From Clostridia bacterium (GTDB lineage Bacteria; Bacillota; Clostridia; Christensenellales; CAG-1252), in contig JAIKVL010000038.1 of the NCBI GenBank assembly GCA_024685775.1, positions 39,258 to 103,257 of the forward strand: a DNA stretch of 64,000 nt, written 5' to 3'. A program made the position numbers and the translations under genes. Positions 55,330 through 64,000 of the stretch are shown piece by piece. The notes under the pieces were generated by a model. The model made no database searches. It saw only the letters and a program-made list of their open reading frames with translations, and was not told the origin of the DNA. Position 1 is the stretch's first letter. Each line of letters starts with the position of its first letter.

Positions 55330-56055
55330 ATGAAAGGGAAAGGATTGTTACAAGCCCAAAAGATTGCTTTCGTCCTGCGTTTGTTGGTCGTAACTCTTCT
55401 TATGCTCGGCGTCATAGGCGCCGCCACGTTTGCTTGGTATTCTTTCCGTGCCGGGACGGCGGCGTATGTCCCCGTTTTCTCCCCGGAAGCTTTGTACATC
55501 GGCGCGGGACACCGCGACGTGGACGAGGACGTTTACGAAGACATTCGATATTTGTACTTCAACGGGCTTGATGCCGAGGGCGGCGACTATGTGGACAAAG
55601 TTTTCAGCATTTACGGCAAGGGCGTCGGTGCTTACAAGATCCAAATCGCCTACACGACAAACAACTCGTTTTCTTACAGCATTTTTCATGCTACGGAATC
55701 AAAAACCGAGACAGAGGGCGCTGTGCAGTACGTCACGCACCAAGTTCCTGCGGAGGCGTATTTTTATACTGCAGACGGCGAAGCGATCGCGGGGACTTAT
55801 TTGAACAGGACGGAAGAAGACGGAAAAGGAATCGCCACTTCCGACTACCATGCCGCCACGTACGACTCGTACTCTTCCGTTCACAAAAACGCGGAACCCA
55901 TTTACTGGCAGACGACTTCTGCCGAGATGGGGAATAACAGAGGAGATTTTGTCAACTACTATCTGCTTCGTATCTATAAAAACGGCAAAGCCACCAATGA
56001 TCGCGAAACCGACGTTCTCTGTATTGCGGCAAAAGCGGTCACGGTGCATGAATAA
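55330..56055 (+). CDS. exported protein B with TasA/SipW-type N-terminus
   Basis: 241 aa from ATG 55330, 7 nt after the upstream stop. N-terminus ..LLVVTLLMLGVIGAATFAWYSFRAGTAAYVPVF. Confidence 0.5.
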   Translation: MKGKGLLQAQKIAFVLRLLVVTLLMLGVIGAATFAWYSFRAGTAAYVPVFSPEALYIGAGHRDVDEDVYEDIRYLYFNGLDAEGGDYVDKVFSIYGKGVGAYKIQIAYTTNNSFSYSIFHATESKTETEGAVQYVTHQVPAEAYFYTADGEAIAGTYLNRTEEDGKGIATSDYHAATYDSYSSVHKNAEPIYWQTTSAEMGNNRGDFVNYYLLRIYKNGKATNDRETDVLCIAAKAVTVHE

Positions 56056-56064
56056 GAGGGAAAG

Positions 56065-57042
56065 ATGAAGGAACGCAAGGGGAAAATCACATTCGTTTTG
56101 TTGATCGTGATCATCGCGGTTCTTCTTGTCGCGGGTACGGCGATGGGCAGTTATGCCGCCTATATCGGCAGCCGCAGCGCTCAACGTACCGTCGCCACGT
56201 ACGACGCGCAGGGGGAAAGATTTTCGTCCAACACGTTGGTCAGAGGATACAGCAGGGATAACGTCAAAACTCTTTACGTAACCGATTCTTCCGTTGTGCC
56301 GGCGTCTGTCGTTACGATTTGTAATTATGAAAGGGGGAAACAGACGCTTCCCAACTCCGAGCCGATCACGTATTCTTTGCTTTTCCGATTTGTCAAACAC
56401 GATCCTTTATCGGATGCGGGGTATGTTCCGGTGGACGCCGCTTATATGACGGCGAACGCTTTGACCGCTTATACAGCAACGCTTCGCTTGGGGTCGACGG
56501 TGGTCACCTTGAATTCTTCGCACCTCAGCGACAACAGCTTTTCGGGGGCGTTGAATGCCAACATCGCGGATTCCGATTCGTATACTTTGACCTTTGGCAC
56601 GGAGTTCGTTTCCGGAGAACAAGCTCCAAACCTGTACGTCGAGATGGTGGCTACTCCGCAAAACGTGGGATTGCACGCGATCGGCGGAATTTTTAAAACC
56701 GGCGTACGCGCGCCGGGCGCGGCCAATTCTTGGACGGGGGATTTCAGCGACGATAAGGCAAACGCGCCCTCTGTTTACGACGGATACAATTATCTGATTA
56801 CCGGCGTCGGCGAAGGGACGGTCACCTTGACGTGGGATAATACCCGCGTTGAATTGAGCGATTATTCTAAACAGATCCTTCTTTCCATTGAAGGGGCGAC
56901 GCAAACGGGCAGCAGTGTAACCTTCCGCGTTGATTCCGACGTGGAAAGTCGTTACGACTTGCAGTTTTATAAGAGAAACGTCACTACCGAGACGTGGAGC
57001 GATATGCTTGCCACGGTGGTTACGTTCCGATTCGGAGCATAG
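56065..57042 (+). CDS. exported protein C with related N-terminus
   Basis: 325 aa, starting 9 nt after the upstream stop. N-terminus MKERKGKITFVLLIVIIAVLLVAGTAMGSYAAYIGSRSAQRTVATYD. Ser/Thr/Val-rich and beta-rich. Confidence 0.5.
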   Translation: MKERKGKITFVLLIVIIAVLLVAGTAMGSYAAYIGSRSAQRTVATYDAQGERFSSNTLVRGYSRDNVKTLYVTDSSVVPASVVTICNYERGKQTLPNSEPITYSLLFRFVKHDPLSDAGYVPVDAAYMTANALTAYTATLRLGSTVVTLNSSHLSDNSFSGALNANIADSDSYTLTFGTEFVSGEQAPNLYVEMVATPQNVGLHAIGGIFKTGVRAPGAANSWTGDFSDDKANAPSVYDGYNYLITGVGEGTVTLTWDNTRVELSDYSKQILLSIEGATQTGSSVTFRVDSDVESRYDLQFYKRNVTTETWSDMLATVVTFRFGA

Positions 57043-57051
57043 GAGAGGGCT

Positions 57052-60000
57052 ATGAGCAAACGGCTAAGATTTAAAACGAATTTGCTTTTTGCGGCGCTGG
57101 CGGTGTTCTTCTTTGCTATGCTTGTTTTTTCGACAACGTTTTCTTCGGGCGTGACTGCGTATGCGTCCGAGCCGGTGCAGATATACAATTTTTACAGCGT
57201 TTCGGAATTTACCGCCTACGCAAGAGCTTATGCGGCGGGCGACAAAAATCCGGAGGACGTTATTTATCTTACGTACAATGAAGGAAACGAGCTGACCGAT
57301 GATCAATACGTCAGTTTGGGTACTTCAGACAGGCCCTTTGCCGGCACGATCTATATTCCGAGCGTCGGTATCGACACGTTTCGTTTGTTTAACTGTCCGC
57401 TTTTCGATTACGTATCGACCAAAGCCCGCATTATGTACAACGGGACGACGACAAACGCCTCTGTCAAAATCATTCGTGAGGCGGCAAACGAAATTCCTGC
57501 GGAAGGGGTGCTGACTTCGGGCGCGGCGTTTGCAAATCACGTAGTAAAAGGGGAGAGCGCGGCTTTTTGGAATGTGCAACTTCTTCCCTATGAAGGAGAG
57601 GGCTCGTCGGCAAGCAATTACGAGGGGTTGATCGGATCTATTGCAAACGAGGCATCGGTTACCGTCTCTTTGACAAATACCTCTTCTCTTCCCGTTGTAA
57701 GAGCGGGGGATGCAGGCTTGATTTGCGGCACGTTAGGAGAGGATGCCTCTCTTACGGTCGGGACAAGCGGTTCCGGCAATGCCGTCACCGTTACTTCGAC
57801 AGGGAACAATGCCGGCGGGTTGGTCGGTACGATGCTTTCCGGCGCTGAGCTTACGCTTTCTTCCGCGAATAACACTCGGGTAAGTGAGGTCACGGGTAGC
57901 AAATATGCAGGCGGGTTGGTCGGCAGCGCGATCAATCCCGTCGTTACGCTTGGTACGGGTCTCGCTTCGTATGCGATCTCGTCTTCCGTTACGGGGGGAA
58001 GCGGCGCCGGCGGCGTTTTCGGATACTGCAAAACGCAAGCGGCGAGCGAGACTTTCGCGGCGAACAAATACGATTTGGCTAACGGCTTGGCGGTATCGTC
58101 GACAACTTGCGCCGGCGGCTTCTTCGGATTGTTGGACAGCGAATGCGAAGATCTTATCTTTGACGGATGCGCAACAAGCGGCAAGTCCTTTGCTTTTGCT
58201 CTTACTTCGACTTCGGCGCGCGGCGGCGTCGCGGGTAGGTATAAAACGAATGCGCTTACAAACAGCTTTGAGATTTCAAACGTTGATTTTTCGGTTACCG
58301 CCGCCGGATCCGGCGGACAGTCGGCAGGGATTATCGGACAGATTATAGACGGACCCGCATATCTTTCTCTTCATGATATCGAAGTAACGCAAAGAGGAAA
58401 CGCTTTGTCGGGCGGGCTGATCGGCAATCTCGGTAACGGCGGATCTTTTGCCGACGTGAGGGACGTCGTCATAACCGGCGGATTTGATGCGGGACTTATC
58501 GGAAATATGCCGCAAGGCGTTTTGCGCATTCAAGGAGAAACGGATTTTTCTTCTTACAATCAGACTTCAGCCAATGCGGGATTGATCGTGAGAGATCGCG
58601 GGCGCGCTCTTATTTATGCGCTTGGAAACGGTTCGGACGCAGGTTGGACGGTTAAAAGAAACGTAAACAATGATATCGACGACGTTCGCGGGTGGGGCGA
58701 AGTCCTTCGCGCGGATGGAACGATTCTCCGAGAAAGTGATCTTGTCACCGTGGATGGCACGGCGCATACCGTTACTATAAACGCGGCGGCTCCCGCGATC
58801 GGGACGATTACGCAATTTGCTTTGACCGCTTTAAATATTCAATTGAATACGACGACGGCGTCCGGGGCATTGCGTTTTACTTCCGGTGACGCGAACAAGA
58901 GCGCCTCTCTTCTTTCGGGCACGATCGAGTTTATCGCGGATATTACGCTTGCGGGGACGGGCTTGACCGGTTTTACGAGAGATGACGGAGCAAATGACGT
59001 CTTTACGGGAACTCTTGACGGAAACTTGCATACCGTGACTCTTACCACGGGGGAAAAGTACGGACTGCAGGGCAACGGTTCCGCGCTTGCGTCAAATTCC
59101 ACGCAGGGCGCCATCCATCGCCATTTTTACAACGGATTGTTTGCCAAAATCGGAGGCGGAGCGTCGATAAACGATCTCGCAATCGACGGTGATATCAAGA
59201 TACAGCAAAGCGAAAGCGGAATGTTCGCGGGCGCTCTTGCGGCGTATGCAACGGGAGCGGTTTCGATCTCCGCGTTGACCGTTACGGTTGAGCTGGCTTA
59301 TCGCACGACGACGGATTGTTTGATTACTTTCGGAGGCGCTATCGGTACGGCGGTAGGTTCAAACGTCGCCGTTTCCGCGTCGGATTCAAACGTTCATCCC
59401 ATTGTTTCCGATTCGACGGAATCAAGGATCGGGGGCTCGAGTTTCGGCAGGATCGGGGGATTCCTCGGCAGTATGATGCTTGGCAGTACGGACTCTCCCT
59501 CGCAAAGCGTAATGATAGAGAATAGCCTTATCGGATTGACCTATACAGAATCCCCCAATACGTCGAGGGCGTCCGTTTTCGGCGGGGTGATCGCCGTGAT
59601 CGGTAATTCCACTTACGTAAAGGATCGCAGGACGGTCGTTTTGGATACCGTTTCGCTTTCCGTTACGGCAACGGGTACTGCTTCAAACGGTATTTTCGGC
59701 GGGCTATTCGGGACAAATTGGCTTTCTTGCGACGTAACGGTGGATGGGGTGACGGTAAACGCTACGATCAGCGCAACGGGCGGCGTCACGCCTTTCGGCG
59801 GGCTTGTGCAGACGGCGACTGGCAGGTGGGATATTTCGGATATCACCTTAACAAGCGCATCTTACACGTTGCCGAATAACGGCTCGTCGTTCGGTTTTGT
59901 GGCAAACAAGACCCATACTGCGGAGCCGCTTACCTTAAACGGCAACACGATCTATCCCGAAAGCGCGCTCTACCTTGACGTGAACGACACCTCTTCGCAT

Positions 60001-63000
60001 TACGATATCGGGGCGTTGACTTTTACGGGGAGTCCCACCTTTTCGGTCTATGACGAGTTGGTGGCAAGCAGCGTTGCTTTTGGAAGCAACGTGACGGCAA
60101 ACGGGAATTCCGTTGTTTCCGTTACCACGAGCGGCAACGTGATCGATACGACGGGCACCGCTTACAACACCTATCTCAATAAAACCGCTTATGGCAGATC
60201 GTCGGGCGTTGTCAACGCCGGTACGCGGTATTACTACAATCTTGCCTATGCGCGGGCAAATCTTTCGATTGCCAAATACAAGTTTTTGGTTTGGTCGGTC
60301 AAGGAATACGCGCATGCTTCTCTTGCGGCTTGGTTTGCCGCCGAAGCTTCCTTTACGGGCAATTTGGATATGACGGGGGTTTCGTATTATCCGATCAACG
60401 TTTCGGGAACCGTTTCTTTTACGTCCGTCACAATAAAGTTGGATAATATTTTGACGGAATCATCCGTGCATTTTGCTTATCGTTACAACAACGGTTCGTT
60501 GCAGTCTTCCACTATGAGAAGCACGCGCGCAAATACCAATCAACACTATTTGATGCACACTTCCGTCTTTTTGAACGCCGTGGGGACAATCGTTGTAAAC
60601 AACGGCACGTTGCAAGGAAACGTACCCGCCCTTTCCGATACTTCTTGCGGGTTCTTGGTCGCGGGGGTTTTGGGCGGTTCCGACGCGATCAAAGCTAAGT
60701 GCAACTTCTCGTCGTTGACTTTGGACGGCGTGTATATTTCAAACGGCAACGGACATTTTGTCGACACCGCCTACGCCCCTTTGATTATCAACAAAGTAGG
60801 GAAAAACACCACGATCGATTGGGCGGGCGCCGAGCAGACTTCCGCTTACGCTGCTTACGAGGCAAGCGGATATTTTGCCGCTTCGTCTTTGATCGGCGAC
60901 GTGGGCGACGGCGCGGCGCGCGCAATTTATTTGACCTTCGGCGGATTGGCGCTTGACTCTCGTACTTCGCATATTTCCATCGACAACTTCGACACGGTGT
61001 ACGGGACGGGAAGATCGGTTTTCAGTCGCGCAACGATTTTGAATTCCTTCCTTTATTTTGCGGAGAGTTCCGGCAGCTACAATTTTGAGATGGACGAGGA
61101 TCGCACGGGGATAAGCACCGCGACGCACAGCGTTACTTACGGTAAAGAGATCACGTCTTCTTTGGAAAATGTGAATAAGCAAAAAAAATATTACGGCTCG
61201 GAATACTATGTCCACCCGACGCTGTATCAGTCGACGACGGAATATGATTTCTCTTTATCTTTCCATCCTTACGTTTATGTTCCGTACAACCTCGGGGAAT
61301 ATAAGCACGAGATTTCCGTCAACGTCACTTTCAGCAGTGTGATCGCGGGTTGCGGCAAATACGGCGATCCTTACGTGATCGACGACAACGACAAGCTTCC
61401 CATTCTGTCCGAGATCATCGCAGGCACCGACGTGGGCAATACGGTGCAACTGTATTTGCCGGATGATTTAACAAGTTACGATTATACGGGTACTTCTTAC
61501 ACCAAATATCTTTACAACTTCGGCATCACAAGTTTTGAGCCTTCCGACGGCGGTTCTCAGCAAGCCAACGCCAACGTACGCAGATATCTTGCGGGCGCTT
61601 ATTACGTCATCACCAAGGACGTGACGTTGCCCGCTTCGTATACGGCGCTTGGGACGACGTCATCGGAGGAGTACGCCTTCCGCGGCGTGTTGATCGGTAG
61701 GGGAAACCCCATCGTAACCAATAAGTCGAGGAATCCTTTGATTTACTCTTCAAACGGATGCGTGGTCAAGGACCTTACGGTGGAAGTGGATGTGGACTAC
61801 AACAGCAGCGACGTCATTGAACTTGCCGCACCGATGGGCAGTGACGTTTATTCTTACAGCGGCGGTATCCAGTCTTACGGCGCAGTCATTCAGCAAATCA
61901 TGGGTGGCGACACGTTTATCGACAACGTACAAGTGACTTTTACAAACGTCACGTTTTCGGTTACGGCGTTGAATTCTTCGTATTATCCCACGTTGACCCC
62001 CGTCGGTGGATACGTGGGCGTTTTGGTCAACGGAGGATTGATCTTCCGCAATATGACAGGGTCCAACGTCGGGTTGACGGCGTCGGCGTACGACAAAGTC
62101 GCCCATAATGGATATCTTTACGTTAACGCCATCATCGGGCGCGTGATTGCCGGCTACGCTTTCAATGAAAATGAAGTTTATCATGCGACGGAGACGACCG
62201 TCACTCTTAAAAACGGTGAAAAGAATTATACGATTACGGATCTTGTTCTTCCATCCGCGGATTCCGATAAACTAAATGTAACGTACGCTTCCGGCAACAC
62301 GTATGACATAGCAGTCCCCAACGGGCAAGCGTGGTACGTTTTGGGTGCGATCGTAAACAGCGGCGCGGCGTCGGCGTCGTATCACGTTTCCAACGTTAAC
62401 GCATATCAAGCTCTTACGGATTATTGGTCCGCTTATCGCGCTCAAACGACGGCAAGGGCGGGCGCTACGTATGATGCCGTAGGCGTTGCCGGTTTTTCTT
62501 TCGATGAAGACTATACCGATTACGCCGTTTTCGACTCTTATACGGCGGACGGCGCCAAGATTCCCTATATCATCCGCGCATATACGGCAAAGTCCGGATC
62601 CGCGTATTTGGCTCGTTGCATTTCGGAAAACAGTGCCAAAACCAGAATTACGGTTACGAGTGATTGCGATGTCGCACAAGGGTTTCGAGGGGTAGGAAGT
62701 ATTTATATTGATAGCCCATACGTTAGCCTTAATATGATGCGCCTTATCGGCGGAAACCGAACGATCACGCTGCATATGCGTTACGTTGAATACGATCACA
62801 AATCGGTTTCCGCGTATATCGCCACGCCGGCGACCGCAGGATTCGGGTTGTTTAATTATCTTAGGTTCAGCTCTCCGTCCGAAACGAATTCTCTTAACGG
62901 TTTGGTCCTTTCCGGTAGCGTTTATTACGATATGTACACCGTAGAAGGCTACCAAAGCAGGTATTTGTCCGCAAACTATTCGGGCGACAACTATGATGAT

Positions 63001-64000
63001 GTCGCCAACATAAGGAATGAAACGATTGATAACGTCAACAGACCAACGATTCTGTCGGCAGGAGGATTGCTGGGATTTGTGAACGCGGCTTATTACATCA
63101 AGAACGTCACCTTTAACGGGTTGTCCGTGGAAGGGGCGAAATCCGCCGGCGGTTTAATCGGATTGGCTTACAGTAACAATAACAATGACGTTGCTCATTT
63201 GAAATTTGACGGAAATACGACAAATACGGGATATGTCAACGTTGTCGCGGGTTTGCACGCAGGCGGTTTGTTCGGTCAAATTTACAAAAGGAAAACCGAA
63301 ATCATAGGTGCCGACGGCGGAACTGACGTTATCGTTAAAAACATTGAGATGAAAACCGACGTTCCCAATGAAAACAATATGGATTATTACGGCGACATCT
63401 ACAACGGAGTCGGCGGGATCATAGGAAACTACTATAATCTTAACCAAGGAAACGATACAGAAACCATCCACGGGACGCGGACCAAGCAGACCAGGCGTCT
63501 TTATATAAGCAATATACGCGTAAAGAAAGGGACGGAGCCTGCGTTTGTAAAAGTGAGAAACGATTCTTCTACCGCTATGATGGCAAATTATGCAGGCGGG
63601 TTCATCGGGTCGTGCCATAACGTTATCCTGCATATTTACGATTGTTCTTTAGTCGGTGTAAACGTAAGGGCGAACACCGTCGGCGGATTGGTCGGCAGAT
63701 TGACGCAAAACTATTTTATGACCGTGCGGAACGTCACGATAGACGGAAGCGACAAAACGGCATCATTGATCGGCACACGTTTTGCGGGAGGGGCCGTCGG
63801 ATGGTTGACCGGACGTGACGGCTACTATTTCGGTTGCAACGGTTTGAAGGTAAAAGACTACGAAATCATCTCAACCTATACGGAAAACGATATATGTGCG
63901 TCCGGTGGCATTGTCGCGTTTGCGGAAGGAGACAATGTCGCCCTGAACAATCAGTACAGTTTCGTTTGCGATATCAACAATGCGACGGTTACGGGTTGTC
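57052..64000 (+). CDS. giant secreted protein with GLUG-like repeats (partial, continues beyond the window; >2316 aa)
   Basis: Not in the supplied ORF track. ATG at 57052 follows AGGAGAGGG, with an in-frame TAG at 57040. My hand translation of that frame runs to position 64000 without a stop, and the track lists no + strand ORF in that frame across this span. Sec signal MSKRLRFKTNLLFAALAVFFFAMLVFSTTFSSGVTAYA|SEP. At least 15 GLUG-type motifs are present, including NAGGLVGTM, YAGGLVGSA, AGGVFGY, SGGLIGNL, AGGLIGLA, HAGGLFGQI, VGGLVGRL and AGGFIGSC. There is also an FTGTLDGNLHTVTL motif. Confidence 0.85.
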   Translation, partial: MSKRLRFKTNLLFAALAVFFFAMLVFSTTFSSGVTAYASEPVQIYNFYSVSEFTAYARAYAAGDKNPEDVIYLTYNEGNELTDDQYVSLGTSDRPFAGTIYIPSVGIDTFRLFNCPLFDYVSTKARIMYNGTTTNASVKIIREAANEIPAEGVLTSGAAFANHVVKGESAAFWNVQLLPYEGEGSSASNYEGLIGSIANEASVTVSLTNTSSLPVVRAGDAGLICGTLGEDASLTVGTSGSGNAVTVTSTGNNAGGLVGTMLSGAELTLSSANNTRVSEVTGSKYAGGLVGSAINPVVTLGTGLASYAISSSVTGGSGAGGVFGYCKTQAASETFAANKYDLANGLAVSSTTCAGGFFGLLDSECEDLIFDGCATSGKSFAFALTSTSARGGVAGRYKTNALTNSFEISNVDFSVTAAGSGGQSAGIIGQIIDGPAYLSLHDIEVTQRGNALSGGLIGNLGNGGSFADVRDVVITGGFDAGLIGNMPQGVLRIQGETDFSSYNQTSANAGLIVRDRGRALIYALGNGSDAGWTVKRNVNNDIDDVRGWGEVLRADGTILRESDLVTVDGTAHTVTINAAAPAIGTITQFALTALNIQLNTTTASGALRFTSGDANKSASLLSGTIEFIADITLAGTGLTGFTRDDGANDVFTGTLDGNLHTVTLTTGEKYGLQGNGSALASNSTQGAIHRHFYNGLFAKIGGGASINDLAIDGDIKIQQSESGMFAGALAAYATGAVSISALTVTVELAYRTTTDCLITFGGAIGTAVGSNVAVSASDSNVHPIVSDSTESRIGGSSFGRIGGFLGSMMLGSTDSPSQSVMIENSLIGLTYTESPNTSRASVFGGVIAVIGNSTYVKDRRTVVLDTVSLSVTATGTASNGIFGGLFGTNWLSCDVTVDGVTVNATISATGGVTPFGGLVQTATGRWDISDITLTSASYTLPNNGSSFGFVANKTHTAEPLTLNGNTIYPESALYLDVNDTSSHYDIGALTFTGSPTFSVYDELVASSVAFGSNVTANGNSVVSVTTSGNVIDTTGTAYNTYLNKTAYGRSSGVVNAGTRYYYNLAYARANLSIAKYKFLVWSVKEYAHASLAAWFAAEASFTGNLDMTGVSYYPINVSGTVSFTSVTIKLDNILTESSVHFAYRYNNGSLQSSTMRSTRANTNQHYLMHTSVFLNAVGTIVVNNGTLQGNVPALSDTSCGFLVAGVLGGSDAIKAKCNFSSLTLDGVYISNGNGHFVDTAYAPLIINKVGKNTTIDWAGAEQTSAYAAYEASGYFAASSLIGDVGDGAARAIYLTFGGLALDSRTSHISIDNFDTVYGTGRSVFSRATILNSFLYFAESSGSYNFEMDEDRTGISTATHSVTYGKEITSSLENVNKQKKYYGSEYYVHPTLYQSTTEYDFSLSFHPYVYVPYNLGEYKHEISVNVTFSSVIAGCGKYGDPYVIDDNDKLPILSEIIAGTDVGNTVQLYLPDDLTSYDYTGTSYTKYLYNFGITSFEPSDGGSQQANANVRRYLAGAYYVITKDVTLPASYTALGTTSSEEYAFRGVLIGRGNPIVTNKSRNPLIYSSNGCVVKDLTVEVDVDYNSSDVIELAAPMGSDVYSYSGGIQSYGAVIQQIMGGDTFIDNVQVTFTNVTFSVTALNSSYYPTLTPVGGYVGVLVNGGLIFRNMTGSNVGLTASAYDKVAHNGYLYVNAIIGRVIAGYAFNENEVYHATETTVTLKNGEKNYTITDLVLPSADSDKLNVTYASGNTYDIAVPNGQAWYVLGAIVNSGAASASYHVSNVNAYQALTDYWSAYRAQTTARAGATYDAVGVAGFSFDEDYTDYAVFDSYTADGAKIPYIIRAYTAKSGSAYLARCISENSAKTRITVTSDCDVAQGFRGVGSIYIDSPYVSLNMMRLIGGNRTITLHMRYVEYDHKSVSAYIATPATAGFGLFNYLRFSSPSETNSLNGLVLSGSVYYDMYTVEGYQSRYLSANYSGDNYDDVANIRNETIDNVNRPTILSAGGLLGFVNAAYYIKNVTFNGLSVEGAKSAGGLIGLAYSNNNNDVAHLKFDGNTTNTGYVNVVAGLHAGGLFGQIYKRKTEIIGADGGTDVIVKNIEMKTDVPNENNMDYYGDIYNGVGGIIGNYYNLNQGNDTETIHGTRTKQTRRLYISNIRVKKGTEPAFVKVRNDSSTAMMANYAGGFIGSCHNVILHIYDCSLVGVNVRANTVGGLVGRLTQNYFMTVRNVTIDGSDKTASLIGTRFAGGAVGWLTGRDGYYFGCNGLKVKDYEIISTYTENDICASGGIVAFAEGDNVALNNQYSFVCDINNATVTGC

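Noticed and set aside
57064-63633. Short ORFs listed between 57 and 64 kb on both strands (for example 57618-58184 minus, 57884-58348 plus, 62272-62955 minus)
   Set aside because: All are out of frame with, or antisense to, the uninterrupted giant ORF that starts at 57052, and none has its own expression signals.
47515-64000. Genomic island or mobile element boundaries for the accessory-looking right-hand region
   Set aside because: I could find no integrase, transposase, tRNA attachment site or flanking direct repeats. The compositional shift is only a qualitative impression from codon endings, so no mobile element is called.

Overview
This 64-kb window looks like chromosomal DNA from an anaerobic, endospore-forming Firmicute (Clostridia-like). 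It encodes sleB-ypeB, pyruvate:ferredoxin oxidoreductase, rubrerythrin and indolepyruvate:ferredoxin oxidoreductase. I support about 50 real CDSs, nearly all on the + strand. The very long minus-strand ORFs in the track (up to 1168 aa) are antisense shadows of real genes. I saw no rRNA, tRNA, CRISPR array, transposase or integrase. Layout: (1) 0-14 kb is housekeeping: sleB-ypeB, PFOR, ecfA1-ecfA2-ecfT-truA, mscL and a heterodimeric ABC exporter. (2) 14-29.5 kb is rich in signalling genes. It holds an orphan REC-SARP response regulator coupled to an unknown helical protein, an HD-GYP phosphodiesterase and an orphan LytS-type kinase. It also holds a large repeat lipoprotein, a c-di-GMP-I riboswitch in front of a diguanylate cyclase, rubrerythrin, and a sigma/anti-sigma/vWA-lipoprotein module whose two promoters share a motif. 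(3) 29.6-43.8 kb is metabolism: fumC, malic enzyme, and an aromatic amino acid to arylacetate cluster (symporter, paaK, iorAB, paaK, ACT, amidohydrolase, aminotransferase). (4) 43.8-47.4 kb contains three intergenic arrays of about 33 short hairpin-module repeats around ppiB and a lipid kinase gene. (5) 47.5-64 kb looks accessory. It starts with an RF2-derived GGQ protein that appears to lack the codon-recognition loop. Next is a strongly signalled monocistronic gene for an exported protein with a TasA/SipW-type N-terminus. An amino-acid ABC transporter follows, with a circularly permuted binding protein and a ~114-aa insertion in its ATPase. A divergent diguanylate cyclase then faces an operon of three more TasA/SipW-type-N-terminus proteins and a giant ORF (57052 to beyond 64000, >2316 aa). 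That giant ORF carries GLUG-like repeats and is absent from the supplied ORF track because it has no stop codon in the window. This last locus, together with the 48.7-kb gene, is my best candidate for a previously undescribed system: a c-di-GMP-associated surface fibre/adhesin apparatus. All domain assignments come from reading motifs by eye, and no database search was run.
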